A stretch of 39,845 nt of DNA from a virus (IMGVR_UViG_3300028585_000500:1-39845), one strand, 5' to 3'; positions 7,898-19,192 are shown, counted from the first letter of the stretch. Numbers and translations: made by a program. Notes: generated from the letters alone by a model not told the origin.

Positions 7898-10662
7898 TAA
7901 TCACCTACGGCCTTTCCTAAATCTGGAGCGCGGCGCGGCTCAGTATCGCCAGGGTTCCACCAGCTCGTAACATCAAACTGATTTTGTGCCCTGTCTCTAA
8001 CCCGGTCGTTATAGCCGGGATTCGCCATCTCCTGCAGTTGCTGCAGGATGAGGTGGTTTGTCACGGCCTTTGTATACCACAGGTTAGCAAACGGGGTAAT
8101 CATCCTGGCGGTTTTGATAGCATCAGCACCGAAGGACGTTTCTTCGCCCTGCATCGCTTTCTGAGGGTTGGTGATCAGCAACTTCATCAGGGATTCAGCC
8201 AGGCCTAAGCTTGGTCCGCCCAGCGTGGCCGCAATACTCGAACCGTACTGGGTGTGATCCTGAAACAGGAAATCACCGTAGATGCCGAACCCGCCTCCCT
8301 TCAGAGTCGCGCCAACCCATGCGCCGGGCTTAGTCATATCGATAGGGTCATTACCTGACAGGAGAGCATTCAACTGATTGGCAAACATGCCGGTCAGTGT
8401 GGTGCCGCCGATATACGCCGCGAGGAATTTCAGCGCCGGAACGCGATCGAGGTTTTGCGCCCGGGTCACCATCTGTCGGAACCCGGCAAACGGCGTCGTT
8501 TTGAAGAGCATGAATGACTTATACAACTCGCCACCCTGATCACGTGCGTAGGTGTCGATGCCGGTTGCGGTGGTGATCGCCTGGGTCATCTCACCATGCG
8601 TCACTCCCAGCAGCTTCTGGGCTGCCTCGGCACGCGCGTTACGCACCATGCGGCTAACTGTCTGCTCAACCTCTGCATCATAGGCCTGGCGGAGATTGGT
8701 AGCGCGGCTGTCAGTCATGGTACCCAGATTAGCCAGCGCCTCGTCAGCACCGGCTCGCACTCGCTCAATCTGCCCTGCCAGGATCTCCCTGACTTTCTCA
8801 TCGGGTACCGCGTAGATAGCGTCCGGAGTCATTCCCATGTGGCCGCCGGAGGTGAGCGGCTTCAGTTCTGCTGCGTTCATGATTGCCCAGTCTTCAGCTC
8901 TCCAGCCCTTGGATGAAAGCAGCGCTTTATCAGAACCTTTTAGGGCGTCCAGGGTGGAATAGCGGCGTGTCAGCTCACCGATATTTTTATACATCAGCAG
9001 ACCGAATGCCGCTTTATTGGCGCGGTCCATCGCAATCAGCCCGGACCACTTCAGCGTTTTCTCAGCAAACCAACCGGTGACGCCGCGGGTAAGATCAAAG
9101 CCGCCCATCTTGGCGATCACTGCTGAGTGTGCATCCACCAGTAAACCCAGCTCAGCATTTGCACGCTTGGCATCGCCGCTGAACAGGTTGCGGATTGTGG
9201 TGGCAGATAGGCGCATTCCGTTGCGGTCAAAGCCGAGCGCCTGCGCCGCTGCGCGCATGACTGCCTGATCTGATGTAGCGGTGATGACGCTGGACCCAAG
9301 CATTGCGGATGTCATCAGGTTACGCAGGCCGCCGACTGCCGATGAGAATACGCTGGTGCTGTTCACACCGTTCAGCCCGGCCATAGAATCAAACATGCGC
9401 TGCACCAGCTCACGCTCTTTATTCATCTCTGCGATGGGGTGGCCGGCACCATCAACTTTAACCGCGTTCTGATAGATGCGATCGGCGATTAGTTTGAAGT
9501 TGGTGGCAGCGTCCGGGCCAAATGCTTTGACGACGCCCAGATCACGCGATGCAGACTGCAGGTGCCCCATCATCACGCCGACCACTGGCTGCTGGGTATA
9601 TTTTTCCATATAGCCGAAGTGGCTTTCTGCATCCTTAAACGCCAGCACCCTGCTCTGCGAGCCACGATTTTTCAGGCCACCGCTACCAGCGAAAGCACCG
9701 GGATCGAGTTTCTGAGCGCCGTCCGTCGCCTTGGTTTCAAAAATGTACTCGAGTGCCTCCCGGTACTGCACATCATTCATGGGTGTGCCGTCCGGATTAA
9801 CGAACTGCGACCGATCCTGTGTATTGTAGATATCATCCACCCAGGCGCGCCGCGCCCAGTCGCCCGGTGGCATGCGCCCAGCCAGCCGTGCCTGTGTGCG
9901 TTCCGCCAGCGGCAGTGTGGCCAGCCACTCCTCGCGGCCTGCAGCGCGTACCAGATCAGCGTCATCAACATAGGGAAGATGCCAGTCATCGCGTAGGCCG
10001 ATATCAAAGCCGCTATCGTTCATCTCCTGGCGCGCACGCGATGTTACGTCTGACCAGATGCTGGCGATCTTCTTCGCTGCCGGGTTACCGGTGTCTTCAC
10101 CGTAGATTTCCTTCAGCAGTTGCAGTTGCGATGATTTGCCCACCCGCTGATCAAACATGTTCCGAAAGCACTGTTCGCCCAGCGCCTGAGCCTGCTCGAA
10201 AAACTTCTGAACATCCCCGCCCGCCGCCGTCATTTCGGCACTGAGCTGGCGTGACCAGTCCTGAAAAGCTCCCGTAGCAAGTTCTTCCGCTGAGACAACA
10301 TCGATCTCTTTGCCATCGGCAACGCGGCGCCCGGAGAAAATAAACTGAGTCAGATTTTTAGGGGTCTGCTCAGCCGCCGGAACGTTGCGGTTCAGCGTTT
10401 CTGTGACGTTGTTAATGGCGATCGCATTCTGGGCCAGCCGCTGACGCTTTTTAAACACGTCATGCACAACCTTGCGGGCAGCCAGATCGGCAGCCTGTTT
10501 ATAGGTATCCGCGTCCGGGAAGCCGCTTTTGCCCGCCCGGGCGTTCATTCTTGAGACCTGACGGACTGAATCGCTAATCAGGTCTTCAATATTTTTCAGT
10601 TCAGACGCCAGCGGCTGTCGGCCCAGAGTCTGGGTAATGGCATCGACACAGGCTTGTTTCAT
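7897..10662 (-). CDS. Internal virion/DNA ejection protein (epsilon15 gp17-like)
   Basis: 921 aa, begins MKQACVDAITQTLGR, ends TPFANLWYTKAVTNHLILQQLQEMANPGY..SWWNPG. Synteny. Confidence 0.8.
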   Translation of the reverse strand: MKQACVDAITQTLGRQPLASELKNIEDLISDSVRQVSRMNARAGKSGFPDADTYKQAADLAARKVVHDVFKKRQRLAQNAIAINNVTETLNRNVPAAEQTPKNLTQFIFSGRRVADGKEIDVVSAEELATGAFQDWSRQLSAEMTAAGGDVQKFFEQAQALGEQCFRNMFDQRVGKSSQLQLLKEIYGEDTGNPAAKKIASIWSDVTSRARQEMNDSGFDIGLRDDWHLPYVDDADLVRAAGREEWLATLPLAERTQARLAGRMPPGDWARRAWVDDIYNTQDRSQFVNPDGTPMNDVQYREALEYIFETKATDGAQKLDPGAFAGSGGLKNRGSQSRVLAFKDAESHFGYMEKYTQQPVVGVMMGHLQSASRDLGVVKAFGPDAATNFKLIADRIYQNAVKVDGAGHPIAEMNKERELVQRMFDSMAGLNGVNSTSVFSSAVGGLRNLMTSAMLGSSVITATSDQAVMRAAAQALGFDRNGMRLSATTIRNLFSGDAKRANAELGLLVDAHSAVIAKMGGFDLTRGVTGWFAEKTLKWSGLIAMDRANKAAFGLLMYKNIGELTRRYSTLDALKGSDKALLSSKGWRAEDWAIMNAAELKPLTSGGHMGMTPDAIYAVPDEKVREILAGQIERVRAGADEALANLGTMTDSRATNLRQAYDAEVEQTVSRMVRNARAEAAQKLLGVTHGEMTQAITTATGIDTYARDQGGELYKSFMLFKTTPFAGFRQMVTRAQNLDRVPALKFLAAYIGGTTLTGMFANQLNALLSGNDPIDMTKPGAWVGATLKGGGFGIYGDFLFQDHTQYGSSIAATLGGPSLGLAESLMKLLITNPQKAMQGEETSFGADAIKTARMITPFANLWYTKAVTNHLILQQLQEMANPGYNDRVRDRAQNQFDVTSWWNPGDTEPRRAPDLGKAVGD

Positions 10663-12548
10663 TATGGATTCCTCAGGAAGCAGGTTGCGGCCACGCTATA
10701 AACTTTCGATTCTTTCTGCACGGTGGCAATTTGATTATCGAGATCTGCCAGCGCCTGCGCCAGGCTTACAGTCTCGCCTGTATCAGGGTGTGCAATCATG
10801 ATATCTGCATTGGCCTGTGACATGTCACGCGCCGCCGTCAGGTCATAGCTGTTTGAGGATATTGACTCACCAGTGACCGGGTCGGTGCTGATTTGTTCAG
10901 GTGCTGACGTTTCCGCAGTGCGCCCGCCAGCAAAGGCACTGCCCTCCCGGACCGGTGGAATAGCTGGTTCAGCGGCCTGTGGCACGGTTTCCGCTATTCC
11001 GTTTTCCCGGTATGCCTCACTGATGGTCGCACGCTGAGCCTCGCCGGTAGCTATTGCATCGGGCCGCGCAATCCCGTCCAGACCCCGGATCTGAGTAGAT
11101 ACGTTCACTGGCTCGCCTGACATCAACTGGCGTGATGCCTGGTCCATCGCAGCAACATGGCTGTTGAGGCTTTCATTGCCGGAGTGAACGACAGGAGACG
11201 ACTCAAGATCGTAATAAAGCCCCTCGTTCATGACATGTGCCGCATCCACATCACTCGGCTTAATCTGTGCTTCTGGTACCAGGCCGCGCATGCTATCTGG
11301 GATCAACCCCTGCTCAATACGGGAAAGGTCAGACCGTGCTTCATAGAATCGGCCGCCGGGACTGCTGTCCGCCAGCGTGGCGCTACGCTGATCAATCTGC
11401 TCTCTCAGCAGACCCATGCGTAAATCCAACTCGTTCACCTGGGCGGTGCGTTGCGCCCGCGCCTGTGAAAGCGCTTTACCGCTGCCGCTTAATGGAGTGT
11501 TCTTTAATTCCTGAAGCTGCGTTGTGGCCTGGTCATATTTGAATTGCAGGTCATGGACCTCCTGAGCGATCGCTTTTCGGTCACCCCGACTGACAACCTG
11601 TCCGGCTAAATCCTGCAGATCCGCAACGCGGGACTCATAGGTGGCCGCCGCCGGTTCACCCGGTGCCATCGCATCGGTCTGCGCCGGCGCATCTGCGGTT
11701 ACGGATGGTTCCGCACTGATCGGCGATTCAACTTCAGCCGTCGGGCTGGCAACTGGATCTGTCGCAGCGGGTGCAGGGTCTGCCAGCGGGGTATCAGCAC
11801 GCTGCGCCGTCAGATGATGCACGCCGCCGAACGCGGCACCGAGCACGCCATCCACCAGCAGCGCCTGCTTATCCCAGACGCGATACTGCTTCGCCAGTTC
11901 GTCATAGCCGTTTTCTTCCAGGGTCTCACCCAGGGCAAAGCGGTTAGCCGCACCAAATCCCGTATTAATCCCGATACCGGAAAGCAGCCGTGTTGCCAGT
12001 CTACCGCCGACGCCTGCAGGCAATGCCATACCCAGAGCATTCGCACCGGCCTGCTCCAGCGCCAGGGTACCGGCAGTATCTTCGTTGACGCCTTTCCCCA
12101 GAAAGTCCTGGCGTGTTGACTCGTAACTGCTGCCAAATGCTACGGCACCACCTGCCACCGGGCCTGCTAATGCTGAGGCGGCAATAGCCGGGGCGAAAGT
12201 CCCCAGACCTTCAAGGATTTCAGCCGCCATACCCTGGCTGTTTGGTGCAGGTTTTACGGCGTTGCGTGCATCGTTCAGGGATTTCTGAACCGTCGAAAAG
12301 TTCTGATCAACAATCTCATCCAGCTCTGGCAAATCACCGCGCAATGCGCTGTATGTCGGCGACAGCTTTGCTGTCTCTACCAGCGTCTGACCCAGACCGA
12401 TACTACCTTCAGCAGCACCACGAAACAGTGCCGACCCGCTGCCAGCGTACCAGCGAGGATCATAATCATCAGGCTGTGCCTGCTTGTTTGCGGCCTGATC
12501 GTCAGCCCACGCCTGCCCTTCAGGGGCCAGTGAAAATAAGTCTGACAT
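10662..12548 (-). CDS. Internal virion/ejection protein (epsilon15 gp16-like)
   Basis: 628 aa, Ala/Gly-rich hydrophobic N-half, ends AATCFLR. Synteny. Confidence 0.75.
   Translation of the reverse strand: MSDLFSLAPEGQAWADDQAANKQAQPDDYDPRWYAGSGSALFRGAAEGSIGLGQTLVETAKLSPTYSALRGDLPELDEIVDQNFSTVQKSLNDARNAVKPAPNSQGMAAEILEGLGTFAPAIAASALAGPVAGGAVAFGSSYESTRQDFLGKGVNEDTAGTLALEQAGANALGMALPAGVGGRLATRLLSGIGINTGFGAANRFALGETLEENGYDELAKQYRVWDKQALLVDGVLGAAFGGVHHLTAQRADTPLADPAPAATDPVASPTAEVESPISAEPSVTADAPAQTDAMAPGEPAAATYESRVADLQDLAGQVVSRGDRKAIAQEVHDLQFKYDQATTQLQELKNTPLSGSGKALSQARAQRTAQVNELDLRMGLLREQIDQRSATLADSSPGGRFYEARSDLSRIEQGLIPDSMRGLVPEAQIKPSDVDAAHVMNEGLYYDLESSPVVHSGNESLNSHVAAMDQASRQLMSGEPVNVSTQIRGLDGIARPDAIATGEAQRATISEAYRENGIAETVPQAAEPAIPPVREGSAFAGGRTAETSAPEQISTDPVTGESISSNSYDLTAARDMSQANADIMIAHPDTGETVSLAQALADLDNQIATVQKESKVYSVAATCFLRNP
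10817..10828. repeat. GTGACATGTCAC palindrome, copy 1
   Basis: Perfect 12-bp palindrome, also at 25441 and 28422. Confidence 0.6.
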
Positions 12549-15058
12549 TACTGAACCCTCACTGTGATTGGCGCGCCAGTTTTAGGATCCGTAGCCCAGC
12601 GGCCACTGCCGGTCACAAGCCGGTACTGGCTGTCACCCACGTTGACCGGCACAAAGTTAGACTGGCTGGCCGGATTAAGCCCGGCGGATTTAAGCGCATC
12701 ACCGGCGGCGGCGGTGTAGCGATCTTTGAACGTGCTTTTGTCCATGCCAAATGGCATCACAACGTCACCACCGTTGAACCCTTTAATCACACCACCTGTT
12801 GCCATCTGGATCGCTTTCTCTGCGATATCGCTGTCAACGGATTTGGTGTTTACGCTATCGCTATCACCGCTGGTGTACGCCAGCCCGGCATAGGCAGATT
12901 TATAAATTGACCATGCCATCTGGCGAGCCTGGGGGTTGTGGGAAAACGCATTGCCGATTTCATCATCAAAGGTCTGTTTCAGCTTGTCATCGGCAGGCAG
13001 TTTAACCGCGCTGATACCCGCATCCTTTTGTGCTTTAGTGGGATTAATCAGCTGATCACCCTGCAGGATAGTTTTGGCGACTTCGTATTTGTTCATGGTC
13101 GGCTTGTAAGCCACGAACTGGCTATACGGAATCGACGGAGAGCGATTGTTGTACTGATTGTCATCCGTGCCAAGGATAAGCGCAGAATAAGCAGTAGCGG
13201 CGCTGTCAGGAGCTATTGAAGCTGCCACGCTGCGCAATGCCTGCGGCTGAAGGCCGCGACCAAATGACTGCAGCAGGCTGATAGACTGGTTAACGTCTGT
13301 CGTACCGCGCACGCGCTCGCTGATTGTGGCTGCTTCCTCCTTAGACAGGATTGGCGCATTGATGCCCAGCGATTTAAGCTGATCTGTAGCCGCGGTGCGG
13401 TTCTTGATCTCACTGGTTATATCAGACGGGTTGGTGCTGGCAATCGGCTTGTATACGCCCATGTCCATCGCCGCCTGGTAGGGGTTCGACTCCCTGAGAT
13501 TGATCACCTGTTTCGCTGCTGCCTCAACATGGTCAAAGGCGTCGGCACGACCGGCAAACCCCTCACCGGTACCCAGTTGCGTTTTCAGATCGGCAACGTA
13601 GGTGGTGATGCTGCTGCTGGGCATGTTCCGGAATGAACCAATGTACTGTCCGGCGACACGCTGGTTTTCCAGATCGGCAAAGCGCTGATTGCCCTCACGG
13701 TAGCCATAAGCTGAGATCAGTTGCGCCTGGCTCGGCGGGTTCGGATACTCGACGCCCTTCATGTATGAGGCTTTTGCATCACTGATCACATCTGTCAGCT
13801 GCGCTTTAAGCTGAGTGCGCGCCTCACCCTGGAGAGATTTAGCCTGGCGAAGATATGACGCCTGAGCCTGCGTGCTGGCCGCATCGAAAGCCACGTTACC
13901 GGTATAGCGTTTAGGGCTATCCAGCGAAGTCAGGCCCAGCGCAGCGCGAAGTCCGGTATCCAGCTGACCATCGCTGTAGGGAATGCTGCCGTTTTCATGC
14001 TTCACAATCCCGGCGCTGAGCTTTTTCAGTACATTCAGATCACTGAGGTTGAGCTGATCATCAGGCTTAACGCTGAGCTGTTCACACAGCGCCTTCACAT
14101 AGGCCGTGGTGTTATTGCCATCAGAGGCCGGTGCCCAGCGGTTGACGATCTCATTGACCGTATCGAAGCCCTTATCACCATATGCCAGCAGGTTTTTACC
14201 CAGCGCGCGTATCCCGTGTTCAGGCGTGACGAATTTGGCAAACCGGCCATCACTGCCTGCCTGCCCTTCCCAGTTATTCTGTCCCGCTTCAATGTTGCCC
14301 GGGTTGTTATTGCGCAGCCCGCGTGCGTCACCAGTGATGCCGCTCACCCGCACAGCTCCGTCATAGTCGCCCGGCTCGCCATTTGCGGCGATGAAGTCCA
14401 TATAGTTCTGATTAGCTGCCGCCGACAGGGCACCATCAGCAGAACGTTCTTTCAGCTGGTTTTTGGCGTTTGCCCGCTCCTCATCGCTCCAGCCATGTGC
14501 CTCAGCAAACTGGTCAATCGCGGTGAAACCCTGCTTAACGGTTGAGGTAAACGCCTGCGGATCGTTGTACTGCCCCTGTGCGGCTGTAACAGTCGATTCC
14601 TGCAACGCTTTAAACTGTCCTTCCTCATACTGGCGGACCTGGCCGATTTCATAGGTGCTGGCCTGCCGCTTGTACTGCTGCCCGGCCTGGTTGATCTGCT
14701 GCATGAAATCACGGCGCATACTCTCAGGCACTTGCTGCGCCAGCTCATCAGCCTTACCGCGAATATTATTCAGTACTGCCTCTGACTGCCCGACAGCGTT
14801 TTTACCCTGCTTCGTATACAGGCCAGAGTCAGTATTGTTGAACTGATCATCGGCAAATGACTGGAACTGAAGTACTGCGTCCTGCGTCTGCGCAACGTTG
14901 GCTTTATGCTGCTCCTGAGCGAAGATGCCAGCAATGCGCGTGCCTACTTCACCCAGCCCGGCACCGAACGTATCGGGATTGGTCTGAACGCTGACCTGCG
15001 GCGCTGGCAGCCCCTGGTCAACTGTCTGGCGGGAATTGTACGTTGGTACCGTTGGCAT
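12548..15058 (-). CDS. Internal virion/ejection protein with lysozyme-like domain (gp15-like)
   Basis: MPTVPTY start. Internal RGLRNNNPGNI..FVTPEHGIRAL..IVNRWAP..NNTTAY segment typical of virion muralytic domains. Confidence 0.8.
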   Translation of the reverse strand: MPTVPTYNSRQTVDQGLPAPQVSVQTNPDTFGAGLGEVGTRIAGIFAQEQHKANVAQTQDAVLQFQSFADDQFNNTDSGLYTKQGKNAVGQSEAVLNNIRGKADELAQQVPESMRRDFMQQINQAGQQYKRQASTYEIGQVRQYEEGQFKALQESTVTAAQGQYNDPQAFTSTVKQGFTAIDQFAEAHGWSDEERANAKNQLKERSADGALSAAANQNYMDFIAANGEPGDYDGAVRVSGITGDARGLRNNNPGNIEAGQNNWEGQAGSDGRFAKFVTPEHGIRALGKNLLAYGDKGFDTVNEIVNRWAPASDGNNTTAYVKALCEQLSVKPDDQLNLSDLNVLKKLSAGIVKHENGSIPYSDGQLDTGLRAALGLTSLDSPKRYTGNVAFDAASTQAQASYLRQAKSLQGEARTQLKAQLTDVISDAKASYMKGVEYPNPPSQAQLISAYGYREGNQRFADLENQRVAGQYIGSFRNMPSSSITTYVADLKTQLGTGEGFAGRADAFDHVEAAAKQVINLRESNPYQAAMDMGVYKPIASTNPSDITSEIKNRTAATDQLKSLGINAPILSKEEAATISERVRGTTDVNQSISLLQSFGRGLQPQALRSVAASIAPDSAATAYSALILGTDDNQYNNRSPSIPYSQFVAYKPTMNKYEVAKTILQGDQLINPTKAQKDAGISAVKLPADDKLKQTFDDEIGNAFSHNPQARQMAWSIYKSAYAGLAYTSGDSDSVNTKSVDSDIAEKAIQMATGGVIKGFNGGDVVMPFGMDKSTFKDRYTAAAGDALKSAGLNPASQSNFVPVNVGDSQYRLVTGSGRWATDPKTGAPITVRVQ

Positions 15059-15070
15059 GGTGATCAGTCC

Positions 15071-15649
15071 TTAAAATGTGAAGCTGTTGCTGCCGTATGA
15101 CGAATTTTTCAGGGAGCCAAACATGCTGCCTGAATTACCGGCTCCGCCCGCGCTGCTGGCGCTGGATGCGGTCAACGAAGAACCGGCCAGAGAACTGTAA
15201 GAGCCATAGGCACCCAGCGCGCCATTAAGCAGGGTCAGCCCAGCCTGCTGGTTGCCGAATGCAGTTGTTGCCTGCGCCTGAGAACGATTACCCGACGCCT
15301 GCGCCTGAAGCCCATAAGCCTGGCGCTGCGCATTGTTCACTGTAGTCAGCGCATCCAGTTCACCCATCTGCGCTGTGTCGCCGAAGATATCAACCGCCGT
15401 GCCGCCGCCAAGGTCTACGCCACTGGCAGCCAGTGTCGCCGCCTGCGTTCCGGCCATTTGTTTGGCTCGCTGACGTTGCTGTGCAGCCTGCGCATTACCA
15501 GCGTTAACAGCTGCATCAGCTGACTTTTCCTGAACGTCGGCGTTGTAGTTGGCTAACTTCGACTGATACTTTGAGTTCTGGCGCTGGCTGTAAGCTGAGG
15601 CAGCTGCTGCTGCCACCATCGCTACCCCTACCGCTACTGGTCCGCACAT
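15071..15649 (-). CDS. Internal virion protein (T7 gp14-like)
   Basis: Start moved to ATG 15649 (MCGPVAV) behind GGAG. Ala/Gln-rich with LAASGVDL motif. Confidence 0.75.
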   Translation of the reverse strand: MCGPVAVGVAMVAAAAASAYSQRQNSKYQSKLANYNADVQEKSADAAVNAGNAQAAQQRQRAKQMAGTQAATLAASGVDLGGGTAVDIFGDTAQMGELDALTTVNNAQRQAYGLQAQASGNRSQAQATTAFGNQQAGLTLLNGALGAYGSYSSLAGSSLTASSASSAGGAGNSGSMFGSLKNSSYGSNSFTF

Positions 15650-16113
15650 GATTTTTTCTCCATAGTGAAGCGATGAAACAGCATGCCGTTTGGCCCGGCC
15701 GGAACGGGGTCGTAAAGCCTGAAACCCATCCAGTGCAGCCACTGCTTCGCGGCAATGTTTCTGGCATCTACATAATTCTCGAGACGCGGGAAGGTCTCAA
15801 GGATTCCAGCGAGTAATGGCCTGCTGTGCCGGATAAAAGCACGCGAATATTTATCGAGTCGGTCTGATGCTATGAGCCATGGCGTTCCTGAACCGGTCAG
15901 AATGCTGGCAGGCGTAACACCAAAAATCGTCACCACCTCACCATCTGCCAGCCCGGCCCAGCAAAACGCGGAGTGTTCCAGCCCGTAATTCAGAACCTGA
16001 TCAGGAGTCATGCCCCATCCGGATTCGAACTCATCAATATCTGCCTGGCGGACATGTGGTAGCAACTCCTGCGCATGCTCAAGTGTGGCCGGGATAACCT
16101 GAACGATTGGCAT
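15634..16113 (-). CDS. T7 gp13-like, acetyltransferase-fold virion assembly protein
   Basis: VRQADIDEF, GTPWLIAS, LENYVDARNIAAKQWLHWMGF. Confidence 0.75.
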   Translation of the reverse strand: MPIVQVIPATLEHAQELLPHVRQADIDEFESGWGMTPDQVLNYGLEHSAFCWAGLADGEVVTIFGVTPASILTGSGTPWLIASDRLDKYSRAFIRHSRPLLAGILETFPRLENYVDARNIAAKQWLHWMGFRLYDPVPAGPNGMLFHRFTMEKKSCADQ

Positions 16114-18587
16114 CAGCGGCCCCCTACAGAAATGGATGGGATAACTGCAAGAATGGACAAAGGAAGAGGATCGCTCTGCCTGACGTAGATGCGGCCGCCC
16201 TTACTCCAGTTTGCATCAATGTTGATATCAATGGTGCCGGTAGCATCTTCAACCGGGCGATCGTAAAACTCATATTCACGCTGGGCATACTCAAACATAT
16301 TTTTACCATCAGTACCGGCCAGAACGCCGCGGCTGGAATTAACCAGCAGGCTGACCTGCGGGATGATGATTTTCTTATCGAGCAGCGTTTCCTGATTGGC
16401 AATATTGATGTCCAGTGTTTCAAATTCCGCAGTGATTGGCAGTCCGACATGGACAACTGCGCCTGGTGAGTCCAGCGTGATTGAACCGCCGCTTACCACC
16501 TTCTGAGTTTCAACGTTCGCATCTGCCAGGATGCTCACTGTTTTACCTTCAAGGTGGCCTAATCCGGCAAAGGCTTTGCGCGCAAAACGCCAGTTAGCAG
16601 TTGTTGCCGACTGAAGAACAGATGGGATGTCCCGGCTGGCCTGAGCAACAATCTGATTACCGCTGCTGACTTCGAGAATGGTCATGCGGATAGATTTATC
16701 GATGACATCATCCCCTTCTGTCTCCGTGTACGGGAAATGAATTTCATCTCCAACGTTCGTTGCGGAAAAGTAAGCGGCGCCAGACACAGATACAGTGAAC
16801 GGACCAGCCCAGCCCCATGACCCGCCGGGGCTGGAGATCGTCATCTGACGCGCCGGATCACCATTGCGGCCGTCATAGCTGAGTCCGCTATCAACGAAAA
16901 ACGCGTCGATGTCACTATTAAACTGGCGGGATGAAAGCCGTTCGATGTAGCGCTTCACCTGCCCGTTGACGGTTCTCTGCACGCTGAAGTAAACACCATC
17001 CTCGGTTCCTTCGCTGATGCTGCACGTAGACTCGAATTTTCCATCGGTAGGCTGTGGTGACCAGGCAAAAACCTGCTGATCACGGAGATAGGTCAGTGTC
17101 AGCAGAGTGCCATCATTTCGGATAGCCCAGGCTGCGGAATAAGGCACAACGGTAAATGACCAGTCCACCAGCTGATAGCCCTGGAAAAGGTGATTTGCCA
17201 GAACAGTTAGATCACTACCCTGGTACCCATCCACATCGAAGGAGTACGCCAGATCGCGCACAACACTGCCCTTTTCCTGAATGAACAGGGCGATGTTGCT
17301 AACAGTGATCGGAGGCGTAGAGCTGGCCCCGTCAGAACCCTGTGAGCTGAAAGAGAATGAACTGGGTGTAAGGACGTTGTTCTGATCACCCTTAATCTGG
17401 AACTGCCCGCCGGAAGTCAGCGCCACCAGCGAACCCACGTCTATCAGGTGCCGGATCTCATTCACCTGCCGCCCGGCGTAGGTGTAAGTTATCCGGTCAT
17501 CATCAGCGATAGGCGAACTCTTTCCGAAGTCTTTATAGTCACCTGAACGGCTGGCCCAGATAGTTTGCGGGTAAGCAATTGAGGCTGCAAAGAACAGCCG
17601 TTGCTGATAATAGACAACCGTACCCGGATAACCGTTGACGCTGTTCCAGGCATAGCGCGCCCATTTATAGGAAGCCTTGCCGCTACCAACAACGTTCGAA
17701 GGTATGCGCGATATCACGGAAGCTGTCGCAGCCCGGCCGTCCGCAGCAACGCTGACGATTCGGCACAGGCCATTTCCTGAATGCAGATACTCCCACTGCA
17801 CACCGGTATCATCAGTACCGGATCCGCCCCATCCATCCCATGCCATACCTTCTGTATGCGAAGGCCTGAGTGTGCCGGTTTTACCAGCAGTATTCGCCCG
17901 GTAGTAATTGCTGTCCGCGCGCCTGATCAGCCCTACCGTTACTGATTTGCTGGTTTCCCATACAGAGACAGAATCTGTGGACGGTTGCTCAATATAGAAA
18001 AGCTTACCGGTCTGCTCTGCGGTGAAGATTGGCGCGCTTGCTGTCAGCGTAACAGTGCCGGTTTCTCCACTGGCATACACGGTTCTGGATTGGTCAATAT
18101 TGATGTCTTCAAATGGCCCGTTATTGGTGACTACTTCCACCAGTGCCCAGTTATTGTGGGCATAACGCTGCAGTTCGCGCGGTGCGTAATTTTTGTGGCA
18201 GATAGTCATCACATCAGCTGACTGCGTGAACTTCAGTTCAAACAGGTCAGCTTCAGTATACGGCGTGGCAATCTCATAAACGGTGTTGCTTCCGGTCAGT
18301 ACCTGCCCGCCATCTTTGAAAACGCGCATGTACAGGTGGCCAAACTCCAGCGCATAGGTCTGCACCGTAGAAAACTGGAACGGGATCAGGCGGCATTTTC
18401 GGTCTGTATATTTGGCTTCAGCGATAAAGCGGGTACCCGGTCGGTTCTCGACACCGCCATACTGACGGACGATGAAATTACGGCAGCGGCGAAGCGCTAC
18501 CGCATACTTTGCCAGGTCAACCCGGCCATATACGTTTGGTGAAATCTCACCGCCGGCAAAAGACGGCTGAATCAGACTATTTGGCAT
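16113..18587 (-). CDS. Tail tubular protein B / nozzle
   Basis: QPSFAGGEISP..GRVDL, GGVENRPGT, YPGTVVYYQQRLFFA. 824 aa. Confidence 0.88.
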   Translation of the reverse strand: MPNSLIQPSFAGGEISPNVYGRVDLAKYAVALRRCRNFIVRQYGGVENRPGTRFIAEAKYTDRKCRLIPFQFSTVQTYALEFGHLYMRVFKDGGQVLTGSNTVYEIATPYTEADLFELKFTQSADVMTICHKNYAPRELQRYAHNNWALVEVVTNNGPFEDINIDQSRTVYASGETGTVTLTASAPIFTAEQTGKLFYIEQPSTDSVSVWETSKSVTVGLIRRADSNYYRANTAGKTGTLRPSHTEGMAWDGWGGSGTDDTGVQWEYLHSGNGLCRIVSVAADGRAATASVISRIPSNVVGSGKASYKWARYAWNSVNGYPGTVVYYQQRLFFAASIAYPQTIWASRSGDYKDFGKSSPIADDDRITYTYAGRQVNEIRHLIDVGSLVALTSGGQFQIKGDQNNVLTPSSFSFSSQGSDGASSTPPITVSNIALFIQEKGSVVRDLAYSFDVDGYQGSDLTVLANHLFQGYQLVDWSFTVVPYSAAWAIRNDGTLLTLTYLRDQQVFAWSPQPTDGKFESTCSISEGTEDGVYFSVQRTVNGQVKRYIERLSSRQFNSDIDAFFVDSGLSYDGRNGDPARQMTISSPGGSWGWAGPFTVSVSGAAYFSATNVGDEIHFPYTETEGDDVIDKSIRMTILEVSSGNQIVAQASRDIPSVLQSATTANWRFARKAFAGLGHLEGKTVSILADANVETQKVVSGGSITLDSPGAVVHVGLPITAEFETLDINIANQETLLDKKIIIPQVSLLVNSSRGVLAGTDGKNMFEYAQREYEFYDRPVEDATGTIDINIDANWSKGGRIYVRQSDPLPLSILAVIPSISVGGR

Positions 18588-19192
18588 CAGCTCAACCTCG
18601 CGCTGGTAAATTCGCTCAGCGGCTCTACAGGTTCCTGACTTTCATTCATGGAATGAGAGCCAGCACTGCGGATGATCTGTGCGTACATGGTCAGGCAGTT
18701 CTGCACGAGGTTAGGAGCAGAAGCCATAGGCATGCCAATTTCACTGGCAAGCTTCCATGACAGCGCGCTGCGGAACAGAGGGTCAAACATGTTGGGATCA
18801 GTAATGTCGCTGACATAACGTAGCCAGGCATCTTCCTGGTCGCTATAGATGAGCCGCCCTGTTCCATCATTGTCAGAGCCAACCTGATACTCAATCCTGC
18901 AGCGTTCTGGCGGGTTACGCATGCCGGGCACCAGGATATCAACGATACGCTGGCAGTCAGTCGGATACCGGTAAGCATACTGCCAGTCATTTGGCGCGCT
19001 GCCGGTATCAGCCAGCGCGACACGTTTGATAGCAAAGTTCCAGTCGAAGTCTGCAAGCACCTCAAGGCGGGCAGACTCATAATGCAGGTCACATAACCCG
19101 GCCTCTTTGCTCTTTTCACTGAGGCTGTTGATCGTCCGGCTATTGCCGAGGCGGCTCAGCGCGATATTGCAGATTTCGATAACGGAAGCCAT
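18587..19192 (-). CDS. Tail tubular protein A / adaptor
   Basis: MASVIEICNIALSRLG..WNFAIKRVAL..YAYRYPTDC..FDPLFRSALSWKLA. Confidence 0.88.
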   Translation of the reverse strand: MASVIEICNIALSRLGNSRTINSLSEKSKEAGLCDLHYESARLEVLADFDWNFAIKRVALADTGSAPNDWQYAYRYPTDCQRIVDILVPGMRNPPERCRIEYQVGSDNDGTGRLIYSDQEDAWLRYVSDITDPNMFDPLFRSALSWKLASEIGMPMASAPNLVQNCLTMYAQIIRSAGSHSMNESQEPVEPLSEFTSARLS